Source: Saprolegnia diclina VS20
Lineage: Eukaryota
Length of the DNA: 64,000 nt
Assembly (NCBI RefSeq): GCF_000281045.1
Contig: NW_008246072.1
Coordinates: 1,051,481-1,115,480, forward strand
Direction: 5' to 3'
Made by a program: the position numbers and the translations under genes. Below the pieces are notes generated by a model. That model was not told the DNA's origin and searched no databases. It saw only the letters and a program-made list of their open reading frames with translations. This document shows positions 11,636-23,739 of the stretch, in pieces (the stretch's first letter is position 1; every line of letters starts with the position of its first letter).

Positions 11636-12000
11636 TTTTTTTTGACGGGGTCGTGCGTCTCCGCCACCCGTCCCGCGACGAGTACCCATCCTCCTCTGCG
11701 TGCACGCCGACCCGAACCTGGTCAGACCTGGTCCTGCTACGCTTCGAGCCACAGACCCTGCCAGTAGGAAGGTCCACTGGCGACGAATGGAGACGAAACG
11801 TCAAGCGTCCCACGTGGAACAGCGCTGCGTTGCGTGAGTCACGGGTGACGGACGGCGCTTTTTCGTTTGCTTTCACTCGCGACGGCGGTCGCCAGCTGGT
11901 CGCTCGTGCGATCACCTGGTGTCCACTGCGGGAATCGAACCGGCAACCATGTCGGAATGCGGTTTGCAACGGGTGCAGCGTCCGCAGCTACTACGCATCC
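11636..12000 (-). mobile_element. Candidate tRNA-derived SINE (tRNA-like head 12000-11917, A8 tail)
   Basis: Minus strand reads GGATGCG-TAGTAGCTGCGG (A-box-like at tRNA positions 8-19), GGTTCGATTCC (B box), ...GGACACCA. The acceptor stem does not pair. A8 at 11643-11636. Confidence 0.45.
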
Positions 12001-12031
12001 AAATACGCTCAAGGTTCTCAATTAAGAGGTG

Positions 12032-12259
12032 CTACTGCGACGAGATCGGTCGAGTTCGACGTCGGAGGCGGTCGCGCAGAATGCGCCGCGTGTCGGCCGA
12101 GCACATGCGATCGCGGTTCTTCTCTCTTCGTAGCGACTGGTGCTGATGACCTTCGGTGCGAGTGTGCTGGTCGGCGGCGTGGCGAAGGCAGTGGCCCGTG
12201 ACCTTGGCGAAGCGGGCGCAGCGCGGTACGGCGCAGAGCACCCGGTCGTCGGACGCCAT
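12032..12259 (-). CDS. Short single-finger member of the same zinc-finger family (possibly truncated)
   Basis: MASDDRVLCAVPRCARFAKVTGHCLRH matches the N-terminal finger of 9328-9882. TATAAATA lies ~110 bp upstream (12374-12367). Confidence 0.55.
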   Translation of the reverse strand: MASDDRVLCAVPRCARFAKVTGHCLRHAADQHTRTEGHQHQSLRREKNRDRMCSADTRRILRDRLRRRTRPISSQ

Positions 12260-12455
12260 CGAGTTCAAGTGTGTGCATTTCGCTGTTTGCAGCAACGAAC
12301 GGTGCGTAAGAATAGGTGGTATCCTCCCAACGTCGCCACTTTGCACTTTGCACCGGTCGATTTGTGTATTTATAGCGATTTAACTAAACTTGGAATTTCA
12401 ACTAAAATTGGAAGTTGAAGGTTAAATTCTTGTCATCATTAGTAGTATACCGGTA

Positions 12456-13972
12456 TTAGTAGTCGCCGTCGGCTTCATAGTCGTCGCGGTGCGCGTGCGC
12501 CGCCGACCACGGGTCGTCCGAGTGCTTGAGGTCGCGGTCGTTGCGCTGCCAGGCCTAGAGTGATATTTTCGAGCAGGAGCAAGGATCGAAGTGCGTACCG
12601 CCTGCCACTCGTCCGAGGCGTCCGAGGCCGCGTCGTTGATGTCCTCGTCCGACGACTCTTCGTCCGGGTAGTCGTTGAAGACGTAGCCTTCGTCGTTCGA
12701 GTCAACATCGTCCCTAGTGACACATGAGCGCGCCTACAAGAGAGAAGCCAATGTACTCGTGCTGGTCGTCCTTGTCGCTGTCGCTCGCATCAAAATGCAG
12801 CTCCCGCTCGGCAGAGTCCATGTCGCCTTGCGCCTCGTACATGAGCCACTTCTCAACCGAGGTGCTGACTAGACAAGAACACATCCTCAGCCGTTGAGCT
12901 ACTTCAAGTCGATCCAATGCAGAACGGTGGGATACCTTCCACCACAGGAACGTTCTCGAGCTCGGACGGCGCACGCGTCGGCAGCTGCTTCGTGGCCGAG
13001 ACATCAATGCTGTACACGTCATAGACGTACTGCTTGTCGTCCTCGACAGCTTCGCACGCGCGCAGCGCCGTCGCCGCCGCTACGTGGCCGTGGTCTTCGG
13101 CAAAGGAGGCGGCGGTCTTGCCGTTGTAGTCGCAGAGCCCCACGTGCTTCTACAGACCAGGTTGCATGAGCCAAGGGATGGCCAAGGGAAGTGCGCACCG
13201 AGTGGATGGCAAGGAGGGCCTCGATAACGTCGGTGCGGTTGTGCATGGCGGCGGCCATGAGCAGCGAACCGCCGTCCGCCGGTCGCTGAAACAGAAGCGG
13301 GTCGATGGTCTTGGTCGCGCTTTGCTGCTGGAGACGGAAGAATGCGCTAAAGTCGTTGCGCTTGAACGCCGTCCAGATCGCTTCGTCAATTTGACGCTCC
13401 ATCGGGTTCATCACGCGCTTGAGCGCCTTGGCCTTGAGCTCGGCGCCGTTCACCGCCAGCGGCGCGCTGGCCGTCGTCGTCGTGGCCGGTGACGTCGTTG
13501 TCGGCAAGGCGACGTCGACGAGGTTAAGACCACGGCCCTTGGCAACGCGCTCGAGACTACAGAGCCAGCCTATAGTGCAATAGCATAGTAGAGCTACGTA
13601 CCGCTTGTCCTTGCGCTGCTGTGCGAGGTTGGATCGCGACTCGAGCGTGGTCGTCGCCGCCGTCTTCTTGGACCGGTCGAGATGGTGCTTTTGCATCGTC
13701 TTGGCCAGTCGCTGGCGCATCTTGTCGTCTGTCGTACTCGCCATGGTGTCGATGCGGGTGAAGAGAATGACCGACACGGGCGCTGTCTCGGGCTCGGGCG
13801 TCGCCGCCGCCGCCGGGTCTGGCTTGAGCGAGAGGCTCTCGAGCGCATCTTCGAGCTTTGACTTCTTCAGAAGCACTTGGTGATGGGAGTGCACGACGAG
13901 GCGCTCGACGGGATCGTCCGTGCGCTTGCGCTTGATGCGCAGGAGGACGCGCTGCTGCTGCTCGGTGGTCAT
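12456..13972 (-). CDS. IWR1: Iwr1/SLC7A6OS-like RNA polymerase II nuclear import factor with an internal ankyrin repeat (multi-exon)
   Basis: N-terminal VLLRIKRKRTDDPVERLVV, then YVYDVY and acidic DVDSNDEGYVFNDYPDEESSDED. Ankyrin-like GSLLMAAAMHNRTDVIEALL...DYNGKTAASFA lies between them. Confidence 0.75.
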
Positions 13973-14334
13973 CGCGCTCGGCCTTTCCGTCTGCTTCTGG
14001 CACGGCGGAGTGCCACCAACTCAATGCAACCGGATATCCGGATAGAGTCCAGATGCGGTGCTAAAGTCGGCATGTGCCACGAATACGCCCGCGGTGCTCG
14101 ACCTTGTCGTCGACAATTCTACCTTGGTACCTTGGTACAAATGCGGCATGGACGACCCACAGCGAGCTTCGTGGTGTTCATAGGCGCTGCGCGCTCTGCT
14201 GCGCGTAGTCTGTCATACCACTGAATGAGAGGAGCATGTTAAATTTGATAGTATGCCGAATTTAATGGAATGCCGAATTTAAATGCGACCCACCGTTGTA
14301 ACTGTGAGATCCGCGACCCTCGGCTCATCATCAA

Positions 14335-14790
14335 ATGGCCGACGCAGGGCGAGCAGAGGCAGCGGCCATGGACGACGACGGCAACGAAGGCGACATTGAC
14401 GACGACTCGGACTTTGTCGACAATGACGATGACGAAGGCGATGGCGTAGACGACGATGACGATGTGGGCCGCCATGTCGAGCACGACATGGCCGAGAACG
14501 TCGACGAGATCGGCGGGTCGACCGTGGCCGAGATCCAGCAGCGCCTCGCCCGGTATGCGCAATTTGGCGATGAAGGCGATGGCTTTGATGCCGAGTGGGC
14601 AGCCACCTACGTGGCCAAGGCGCGCCAGTGGAAGGCGACGCATGGCACCGACATTGACACCAACGTCCGCGGCGTCGCACCGACACCCGAGGTGGGTGGC
14701 CCCGTGCTGCCCGTTCGTTGGCATCACGTACTGAGCCTCATCTTCCTCGGCCTCGCCATTAGCGTCCAAGTGTATATGATCTTTGGCTGA
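14335..14790 (+). CDS. Small acidic protein with a C-terminal transmembrane helix (tail-anchored, hypothetical)
   Basis: 151-aa ORF with an Asp-rich N-terminus, ending WHHVLSLIFLGLAISVQVYMIFG. Confidence 0.6.
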   Translation: MADAGRAEAAAMDDDGNEGDIDDDSDFVDNDDDEGDGVDDDDDVGRHVEHDMAENVDEIGGSTVAEIQQRLARYAQFGDEGDGFDAEWAATYVAKARQWKATHGTDIDTNVRGVAPTPEVGGPVLPVRWHHVLSLIFLGLAISVQVYMIFG

Positions 14791-15122
14791 GTCGCGTCGG
14801 TCCCAGCGCCTGTCCGCTCAACCGACGACAAGCTCTCGGTCCACGTCGCTACCTACATAGCTAGCAAGTATGCCACCAAGCGCTGTGCGATCTGTACGTT
14901 GCAAACCCGCTCTTGCACCTGCATTGCCAAGGGCTCTCTTGGCGAGATGCTTCGACGCTGTCCTCGATACCGGCGCGCACCGGGGCAGGTCGAGAACGAA
15001 GTTGGGCCAAGCACAGGACAGAGGCCGGTGTTGCTTGTCGTCGCCCACTGTCGAGATGTAGAACTACTCACACACTTACTTACAGCTCATACGCTACAAC
15101 GAGCAGTTAAATAATGGGCGGC

Positions 15123-16754
15123 TCACGCCGCCGGTCGCACTGGCGGGACGCCCGTCGCTCCAAATAGGGGCATTCCATGCAGCACGAAAAACATGGTTCC
15201 GAGTAGCACAAGCAGCAGGACGTGGAGCACACCGGCCGTGCGGCTGGACCGGCCGTGTTGCTTGAGCACTTGAACGTCGTGCTTCTGGCTTGGCACCAGC
15301 CCCAACGTCGCGAGGCCCGCAATACGGACCGCCACCGCCGGCAAGTAGGCGCTCAGCATGTAGAATCGGCGCGCACTCGCCGATGCCTCGTGGATGAGGA
15401 GGCGGGAGACGAGCGTCGCGGCGTCGACGCCCATGTCGGCCCACGTCGTGAGAACGCTCATGACGAGCGCTTCGTTGCCAAAGTCGGCGAGCTCGACGGC
15501 GCTGGCGGCGATCGCAATCGCGCGCAGCGCACATGGCACGTGCGTCAGAGCGTCCCCGACAAGACGCACGTAGCCGGCGCCCGCGACGTCATAGACAACA
15601 AGCAGCGTCGTGCTGACATCGAGGGCTACAGCTACCAGCGTGTGGAGGGCCACTGCAGCGCGCCAGTTGCAGCGCAGGCAGTGCGTCGCCCAAAACCAAA
15701 GCGCACCCGCCGCAAACAGCACACCGCAGGACGTGACGACCGTCGTGACGGCCAATGACGGCATGTCCGTCACGCGCGGCAGGGACGAGGCGGCGCCAAA
15801 GTAGAACGACGCGTCGATCGCGAGGCGAAAGACGCACAGGTGCGTCATCACGTGGCGCTGTGGTAGCCGCCACGCACTGCGCACGTAGCCTGGCAGTGTG
15901 ACCGCGGCCGGGTACGCCGGCTCGACGACGAGGCAGACGGCAGCGACAAGACAGACGCCCGAGATCCACGTGAGCAGTGCGTACGTGACGTTGGGCGAGA
16001 CACCAAACGAGTAGGCGCCACCGATCGCTTGGTCTTGGAGCGCAAGACCGCAAAAGAGCGAGGGCACGACGTCGCCGGCCATCCGGCTGCAGAAGAGCAT
16101 CGCCTGCGTCCGCCCGCGCACCTCGACGGGCTCGCGCTGGGCGTAGTGGACCATGACAGCGTCCAATGCGACAGTGACTAGGACGCAAGCAAGGCCCGCG
16201 AGGAGCGTCATGCCCAAAAAAAGGGGCGGCGGTGACGTCGACGGCGCTGGGAACGGGACGATCGCCATGGTCAAGCACGCGACGCCACTGACGGTCCAGC
16301 CGAGCAGCATGTACGCCTTGCGCCGCGTCCGCCCCAGTGGGAAGCAGTCCGAGACGATGCCAAAGAAGATGCGGCACGACCACCCGAGGTGCACACAGCT
16401 GCTGTACGTTCCGAGTTCGAGCCCCAGATGCCGCGTGTACACGGTCGGGCCAAGCCGCTCGAGCCCGCCAAGAACAATGCTGAGCCCGATCGTCTGCAGC
16501 ACGAGGCCAAGAAACGGACGCGTCGTGAGTGCAATGGGGCCGCCCGGCAGGAGCGCGCCGTCGTCGGCGTCAGCGCGTGCGATCGTGGGCTCGGGTACGG
16601 CAAAGTGGACGCGGCGGGCGTAGTAGCGCTCGTCTTCGAGGATGATGTCGGACGCGGTCGAGCTGAGCTTGGGCGCCGTGTCGCGCCAGAGCGACGACGC
16701 TCGTGAGAACGAGATCGACATGACGACACGACGAGGCCTGGTCGTAAATGCCAT
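15123..16754 (-). CDS. Folate-biopterin transporter (BT1/FBT family, MFS)
   Basis: Multiple TM segments with motifs WSCRIFFGIVSDCFPLGRTRRKAYMLLGW and DAVMVHYAQREPVEVRGRTQ. The start could alternatively be 16721. Confidence 0.85.
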   Translation of the reverse strand: MAFTTRPRRVVMSISFSRASSLWRDTAPKLSSTASDIILEDERYYARRVHFAVPEPTIARADADDGALLPGGPIALTTRPFLGLVLQTIGLSIVLGGLERLGPTVYTRHLGLELGTYSSCVHLGWSCRIFFGIVSDCFPLGRTRRKAYMLLGWTVSGVACLTMAIVPFPAPSTSPPPLFLGMTLLAGLACVLVTVALDAVMVHYAQREPVEVRGRTQAMLFCSRMAGDVVPSLFCGLALQDQAIGGAYSFGVSPNVTYALLTWISGVCLVAAVCLVVEPAYPAAVTLPGYVRSAWRLPQRHVMTHLCVFRLAIDASFYFGAASSLPRVTDMPSLAVTTVVTSCGVLFAAGALWFWATHCLRCNWRAAVALHTLVAVALDVSTTLLVVYDVAGAGYVRLVGDALTHVPCALRAIAIAASAVELADFGNEALVMSVLTTWADMGVDAATLVSRLLIHEASASARRFYMLSAYLPAVAVRIAGLATLGLVPSQKHDVQVLKQHGRSSRTAGVLHVLLLVLLGTMFFVLHGMPLFGATGVPPVRPAA

Positions 16755-17440
16755 CAAGGAGTCGCAACTGGGTGCAAAGACACCCAACCCTGCCCACGTA
16801 CAACGTAGACGAGCGGTCGTCGCCACCGACGACGACCGCAACCAAGTACTAACTACATTTACCACGACTCTCTCGTAGAGTCGTTGGGATGCGGAACAAA
16901 GGGCGAGAGCTCTGGGACGAGCGGCAGAAGGAGGTGGCGCCGGGACAGACCGACGTGGCGGTCCCGTCCCACTGTGGTTCCTGCCGCGTCTCTGATTGGC
17001 TGCTGGACGAGTGGGGTCGACCACCAATCACAGGCCGCGTTTGCAGGTCGGACAGGCGGCGTGAGTCGCTTCAACGACTTCGCTGCTGCACCGTTCACAC
17101 GGAGATAGAAGCTAGCTATCTCGTGTATATCGACCTGTGGACTATCTGCATGTCCTCTACTGCGGTCATTCTGCAACAGTCGGCTGCTCTTGCAGCGAAG
17201 GACAACGACTTGAGTTGGAGCCACCGGCTACATACCAACGCGGCTGTCTCGATCCCACAACGACTCTCAACGACTCTGCTCTAGTAGAGTACATCCACCA
17301 CTCGAACTTCTTTTGCAGAGCTACCAGCCTGAGCCCCTGACCGCCTACGCCGTCGGTCATCGCTCCACCCACGTCTTGCTGCCGCCCCACTCAAGCCGAA
17401 GCCGACGACCCCAACGCAAGCAGAGAGCATCAGCGTCATA

Positions 17441-20400
17441 TTACAGGAAGAGTGCACTTCGTTGGAGCTCGAGGAGGTTGTGCAAAACCATCTCGGACGT
17501 CGTGCCAATGCAGCGGGCGAGCTCGCGCTGGGCGACGTAGTCGAGGTCGATGAAGCGCCCGATCACCGCCATGTCCAGGAACGCCTTTTTGGCCTTCCAG
17601 CTGCACCACGCGTCCGGCCGGCCGGTTTGGCGCGTGTGCGGCGCCTGCCGAAACTCGCGCGGGTTCAAACCTGCATTGTGCGGGAGCGCGTTGATCATGA
17701 TGCTCTGCAGCGTGTACAGGCGGCGGAAGGTCTTCTCGTGGACCGGCGTGAGCACGCCGAGGCTGCCTTCCGACGTCGCGAGAAGCGTCACGTACGTCGT
17801 CACCTTGCTCTCGAGCAGGCGCTTCCGGAGCATGCTCGTGACGCGAGCACCGACGTGAAAGTCGGCAGTCCGCAGCAGCCGCTGGCCACCGCGCGACTCA
17901 ATGTTGCCCGGCGCAAACTGCATCGTGTGGACGTTCGAGAGCATATCGGCGGCGACAATCCTACGTCAAATCTCATGTTTCGCACAAGGAAATGTACGAA
18001 TCGAACCCGAGACGCGTGTCGAGCACCGAGACGTCGGCGGTCGAGAGCGCGAGGTGCTCGAAATCTTTGGCGAGCAGCACGAGGCGCTTCTCGGTCGGGC
18101 TCCACTTGAGAAAGTACACGCCCTTGTAAATGTCACCATACACAATGTACGTGGCCTTGATCACGTTGAGGCTCACGATATAGAGCTGCGCGTCAAAGAA
18201 GGCGCAGCCCACGAGCTGGCTGTTCTTGAGCTCGTACACGATGAGCTTGGAGCCGACGGCCGCGAGCACGTAGATCCCGAGCTGCTTGACCATCGAGATC
18301 GCGCCTTGCTTGTGCTCCTTAGCGTACGTGAGCTTGAGCTTGGGCACCTTGCTGCCCGTGACACCTTGCGCGTTCGTGTACTGCGCATAGTCGATCTCGT
18401 ACACCAGCAGCCGGCCTTTGCCGTTCTCATCTTCGCCGTTCGGGCCGACGATGCCCGTGCCAATGACCACATACGGCTTGCGCTTGATCTTCCAATCGGC
18501 GGGCAAAATGTTGGGCATGTCGGCCAAATACATGATCTGGACGCTCAGCACGGTCTCGTGGCGCTCGAACGGCAGCGAGAACACGCCTTCTGGCTTCCAC
18601 TCGCACGCCGCACTGTGCTGAATGAGCCGCAGCTCGTACTGCTCTTCCATGACCCCTGCACGCGATCAACGATCGATACCAGAGCACGTTCGAAGACAAC
18701 TCGGTACCTGTATAGTCGGCGTACGTGAGGTTGTCGAGGACTTCGCCGGGCTTGGGCGCCGTGTACCCGTCGTCTTCGGCTTCGACCACGTCCTCCACCT
18801 TTTCATCTACAATCGAATCATAAGACAATATGTACATTCGTGGAGGACCGTACCTTCTTCGAATGGTGGCACAATCGACTTGCTGACGACGACTGCGTAC
18901 GTGGGTGTCTTGAGCGCCTCTTGGACGGCGCCGGCGCCCGTGCACGGCACGTAGACCACGTGGTGGATCGTGGACGCCAGTGGGACCTTCTGCAGCACGC
19001 ACTGGCCGTGGCCGACGACGTTGGCGTTCGACGGCCACTCGCAGACGCGGAGGACGCCGTCCGAGTGGTAGTACATAAAGCCTGTGGGGCAGTTCCAGTG
19101 TTGAAATTCCGTCCAGCCCAGGACCGGCACCGCGCTGCGCCGCGACGTTGGGACCGCCATGGGCGTGAGGCCAACCCGGCCGCGGGCATTGTGGATCCAC
19201 ATGGGCGAGACACCGCGGAAGAAGATGCCGCTGTGGCCGCCGACGTTGCTGTACCGACACAGCATCGGGTACCGGAAGAGCTTGAGCGCTTGCTTGACAT
19301 GCACCGCGGTCGTCTCCTTCTTGAGCGCCAAGCCGCGTGTGATGCACTGCGCGTGCTGCTTGGCAAAGCTCCCGTCGGGGCTCGCCGCGTACAGAATCAA
19401 ATCGCCGTTGGCCATATAGACAACGAGCACCATCTGGGCCACGAGCTGGCCGTTGCGCGCATCGGAGGGCCCGACGCGGTGGATGTTGAGGTCGGCGATC
19501 GGCGAGTAGAGCGCCGTTTTGCGCGTCGCTTCGGTCGGCGTCAAGCCCACGGGCGGAAATGCATTTGGCATATCGACGACGTTGAGCAGGCTCTGCGGCG
19601 CCAAGTGCAGCCCCGGGTAGCTCGCAACGAGCTCAAAGTCGGGGAGCGCGTAGATGTTGAGCGTGCCCGAGTCGTCGCAGACGGCGCAAAAGAGGGGCTT
19701 GGTGGCGCTCGCCTCTGACAGCATCGGCTGCGCAGCGTACGTCGCCGCTTCCACGTGCGTCGACGCCGTGTGACTGGCCGACACATTGTAGATTTCTTCG
19801 AGTTCTTCTTCTTCCGCGACAAGCCGGTCGATCGTGTCGTCGTCGTCGTCCTCCATGTCGACGCTCTCAGACGGCGTGACGGTCGCAGCCCGCGGTGCAA
19901 ACACCTGGGACCAGTCGTGGAACAAACAGAGCGCGGTGACGTTGGACTCGGCCGACGATCTGTGCACTTCTGGGTGCACGACCGTGAGGTCCATGTCGCT
20001 TGGATCTGCCGCGACAAGGCGAATCGAGCCGTCGCTAAGCAGCAAGACGAGGTACGGGTCGAGGACGTCGACGGCAACGACGACAATGGTGTCATCGACA
20101 CCGAGGCCGCCGCAGTCGAGATCGGCGTCCAGCGGAATCTCCTGCGTGCACTCCAAGACCCCGTCTGCGGTTTCTTCGAGCAGCCGAATGCCGAGCTTGA
20201 ACACTTGGACGATGCGGCGATGCGAGAGCAAGTTGGCCATCGCGAGCGTCGGGCCCTCGAGATACATACCGCAGCTCGCTTCGTCCTCGATCGGCTCCAT
20301 CTCATCGCCCGTCTTGAGCACCATCGTCTTATTCTTGAGCGAGAGCACCACGTACTTGTGCGCGGTCGGGTCATGTCCGTCCGTCGCGTCCGGCCGGCCG

Positions 20401-22278
20401 TAAATCGTCCAGAGCATGCGACACCCGTCGAGTTCGGCTTCGGTGGTCACGACCGGGCGAATGCCCCGGTGCACCACGGACAGCGACGACCGATGCAGAA
20501 AGCCACCCCCGAGCACGAGCTCGTCCCGGGGCACCGTCGTCGTCTCGTCGTCTTCTTCGAGGTCCAAGCCCATGTCCATGGCCGTCACCTGGCCAATGCT
20601 TGCGAGCTCATCGACGATGCGCACCGTGTACGACGGAAACGCTTTCGCCAACGACGCGGCCATCGACTCTTTGGACGCCGACGCATCGGCGGCCGACGAC
20701 GGCGCGTCCAGGAGGCGACCGTAGAGGTAGATCTCTTCGCCGTCCGAGTCCAAGTCATCGGGCACAGGCACGGGCGCTGCCTCGACCTCGGGCTGCAAGC
20801 TGCTTGCATCTACATGAGCAAAATGAGTCCATGGATAGGATATGTCGAGTAGGTACCAGCGGCGGGGGCTTGCAACACGTCGTTGGTGTACGTGAGGAGC
20901 TGCGAGTTTCCGTCGCGCGTCCCCAAGAAGATCATTTGGCTCGTCGAGTCGACCGCCAGCGACGTGCACGTCGTGAACGTCTCATCGCACAGTGGTCGCA
21001 GCATCATTTGACAGACAGCGTTGCCATAGTAGCCGGTTTGGCGCAAACTCTTGTGGCTGGGCAGCGAGAGCACGTAGAGCTTGCCGTTGGCGAGCGACAC
21101 GAGCATCTCGTCGATGGCGTGGAACGGCGAGAGGCGCGCGTTCGTAAGGAGCAACGACTCGTCGGGCAAGAGCAGCGATCGGTGCAGCGGCAGCTTGGTC
21201 GTGTCCATGATCGAGTCGGCGATCGAGTTGGTCGACAGGCCAAAGTACTGGTTCTGGTTGAAGTACAAAAACGCGTTCTGGGTCGTAATGACCGCGCCAC
21301 CGAGCGGCGCGGGACAGGCCGTGACGGCGCTCGCATCCGACGGCAACTGCATGATGGACCAGATCTTTGGATGCATCCTAGAGCATGCATGAGTTCTCGC
21401 ATAGAGAGAGGAGAGAGGTACCCGGTCGCGAGGTTGATCGAGAGCACGGTGAGGCTGCATGTGTTGTAGCCCATCGCATAGCGTCCGACGGTCGCTTGCT
21501 TGTCGCTCTCTTCGTGGAGCACCATGAGCGTCGGCTCGAGGTACCCGTCCAGGAACGCCATGTCGATGACCTTGCCGTGGATGCCAATCTCTTTGAGACG
21601 CAAGATGAACGCACGCCCGGCGACCGTGTTGAGGCCAAAGGTCGCCAACGTCGACGCGTACTGTTCGGCACGCGCGCGGTCCTCGAGCTTGAGGCTCGGG
21701 TCTTCGTAGTTGGTCTCGTCGTCTTCATCGTCGTCGTCGATGACGTGGGCGGTCGCTGCATTGTCATCGAGCGGCAACAAGACCACTTGGTCGCTGTAGA
21801 GCAAGAGGCCCATGCAACGATTGTCCGGGTCGGCCTTGGCGATTGGGACGCTGGCGAGGCCCTGGAATTGCGTGCGGCCAATGCGGTCGCCTTGCAGCGC
21901 CGTGCCAAGGCCCATGCCATCTTCTTCAAAGTTGTGCAACGACATGGTCACGAGCGACGCGGTCTCAGCGTCAAAGCGCACGAGCACGAGCTTGGCCGCG
22001 GCGAACGTCAGCGCCAAGCACGGACATGTCTTCTTCTTGACGTACACAAGGCTCGCCGACTCGGCCACGCCCGCGAGCGGAAAGCTGTGCAGTAAATGCA
22101 AGACAACCGCGTCCGTGGCAGCCACCGCAGTCTCGAGCCGGTACACGTCCAGCCGCTGGGCGTAGACGACGAGCAGGTCCGAGACGCCCGGCGAGACGAA
22201 GGGCCCCATGAGGCTGAAGAGCACGCCCGTGCTCTGGACGAGGTCGCTGTGGCAGAGGAAGTGCTGCGAGTGCGACAT
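17441..22278 (-). CDS. CPSF1: Cleavage and polyadenylation specificity factor subunit 1 (CPSF160), multi-exon
   Basis: LVTMSLHNFE, DMAFLDGYLEPTLMVLHE, IFLGTRDGNSQLL, GIFFRGVSPMW, FQHWNCPTGF, GDIYKGVYFL, GGQRLLRTADFHVG and RRLYTLQ...GLNPREFR. Confidence 0.93.
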
Positions 22279-22833
22279 CGGTCCCGGCAACCAAATCTCT
22301 GCGCTCCGTTTAGTGGTCGTGGCAATACCGTGACAAATAATACCATCGGATATGCGTTTTCAAAGGTTTATAGTCCACCTCGATCTCTGTGGGGAATACT
22401 GTCTTGATGTACTTGACATCCAAAAGACAATGTGGACACTTCAAGTCATGGCCGCCGTCGTAAGGTACTGTTCAGTAGCTTGTTATATATACAATCGACG
22501 ACGAATAGCTAGCTACTACCTGGTATATAGACACTATCTCGAGTCGACTGCATCGAGTTGGTCATCATGTTGACGACAAAACGACCACGTTGGTAGCGTG
22601 GTATCTGGAGGTGCTGGGTGCGAGTGCGCACCTTTGCCTCTCGTCCGTTGATATACCAGAGACAAGTTGTTGCTTGAGTACGCTGCGGCTCCGACGTCGA
22701 GCCGCAACGCTAAACCCAGAGGTGTATCTTCTGTAACCGGCTCGTGGACTAGCATAACCGGATGACTAACCGTACTTATCGGGACGCCAATCACGGGCGT
22801 GATGCGTAAGCCATTTCATAATCGACAACCAAG

Positions 22834-23739
22834 ATGATGGCGCTGCTTCGTCGACCGTCGACGGTTGGTCGCTGGCTTCGGCAAGCGTCGTCGACTGCGT
22901 TCCCAGCGTACGGCTCCGTTGGCGGCGCATATACACTCGCCAACGGCCACGATGTGTACTTTACGTCCCACGGGCCGTCGACAGCAGCGGCCACGGTTGT
23001 CCTTCTGCACGGCGCACCCGGGTCGTTCAAGGACTTCAAGTACCTTGCGCCTCTGCTCGTCGAGGCGCTGCCGCAGCTCAATGTCGTTGCACTCGATTTG
23101 CCTGGGAATGGTCGCACCAGCGGCGATGCGGCCGGCGGCCAAGCCCACCTGTCGTCCGAGACGGTGGCTACAGCGGCCACCGAAGTCGTCAATGGCCTGC
23201 TGCGCGAGAGCCAGCCGGTCATTTTGATCGGGCACTCGTTCGGCGGCCACACAGCCATGCAGGTCGCGGCGGCGACGAGCCGGGATGTGCGCGGTCTCGT
23301 GCTTCTCAATTCAGTCGGCCTCGATCGGCGTCCGTACGAGCGGTTTGCCCAGCCGTTTTCTCGCCTCCTTCGCACCGACGGTCTTCTCCGGAAGCTCGTG
23401 ATCGCCATCAACCACTGGCGCTACATGAACATCTTCAAGTTTCCAAAGAACACGCCGATCGACGACTTGACCTTTGCGCTCCAGCGCCTCGGGTCGAGCG
23501 ACTTTGACGCGATCGAAGCCTGCGTGACGCGTCTCCGCGCCAAGCAGCTACCAACGATTGTCGCGTATGCGATGGACGATATTGTCGTGCGACCCAACGT
23601 CGGACTCGAATTGAGCGAGCGCCTCGCGGCCGACGTGCACCTGGCATACCCTGTCGGCGGCCACAACTTGCAAAAGACCCAAGTGAAGGATGTTGTTGCG
23701 AATGTCGCAACGTGGATCTCGACCCGCCTCGGACTCTAA
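22834..23739 (+). CDS. DUF1057-like alpha/beta hydrolase #1, mitochondrial-type presequence
   Basis: HGAPGSFKDFKY, GHSFGG nucleophile elbow, DD acid and GGHNLQKTQ His motif. N-terminus MMALLRRPSTVGRWLRQASS is Arg-rich and acid-free. Confidence 0.9.
   Translation: MMALLRRPSTVGRWLRQASSTAFPAYGSVGGAYTLANGHDVYFTSHGPSTAAATVVLLHGAPGSFKDFKYLAPLLVEALPQLNVVALDLPGNGRTSGDAAGGQAHLSSETVATAATEVVNGLLRESQPVILIGHSFGGHTAMQVAAATSRDVRGLVLLNSVGLDRRPYERFAQPFSRLLRTDGLLRKLVIAINHWRYMNIFKFPKNTPIDDLTFALQRLGSSDFDAIEACVTRLRAKQLPTIVAYAMDDIVVRPNVGLELSERLAADVHLAYPVGGHNLQKTQVKDVVANVATWISTRLGL

Noticed and set aside
11917..12000. Functional tRNA-Cys or tRNA-Leu gene
   Set aside because: The acceptor and anticodon stems do not pair. 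Reported instead as a SINE-like head.
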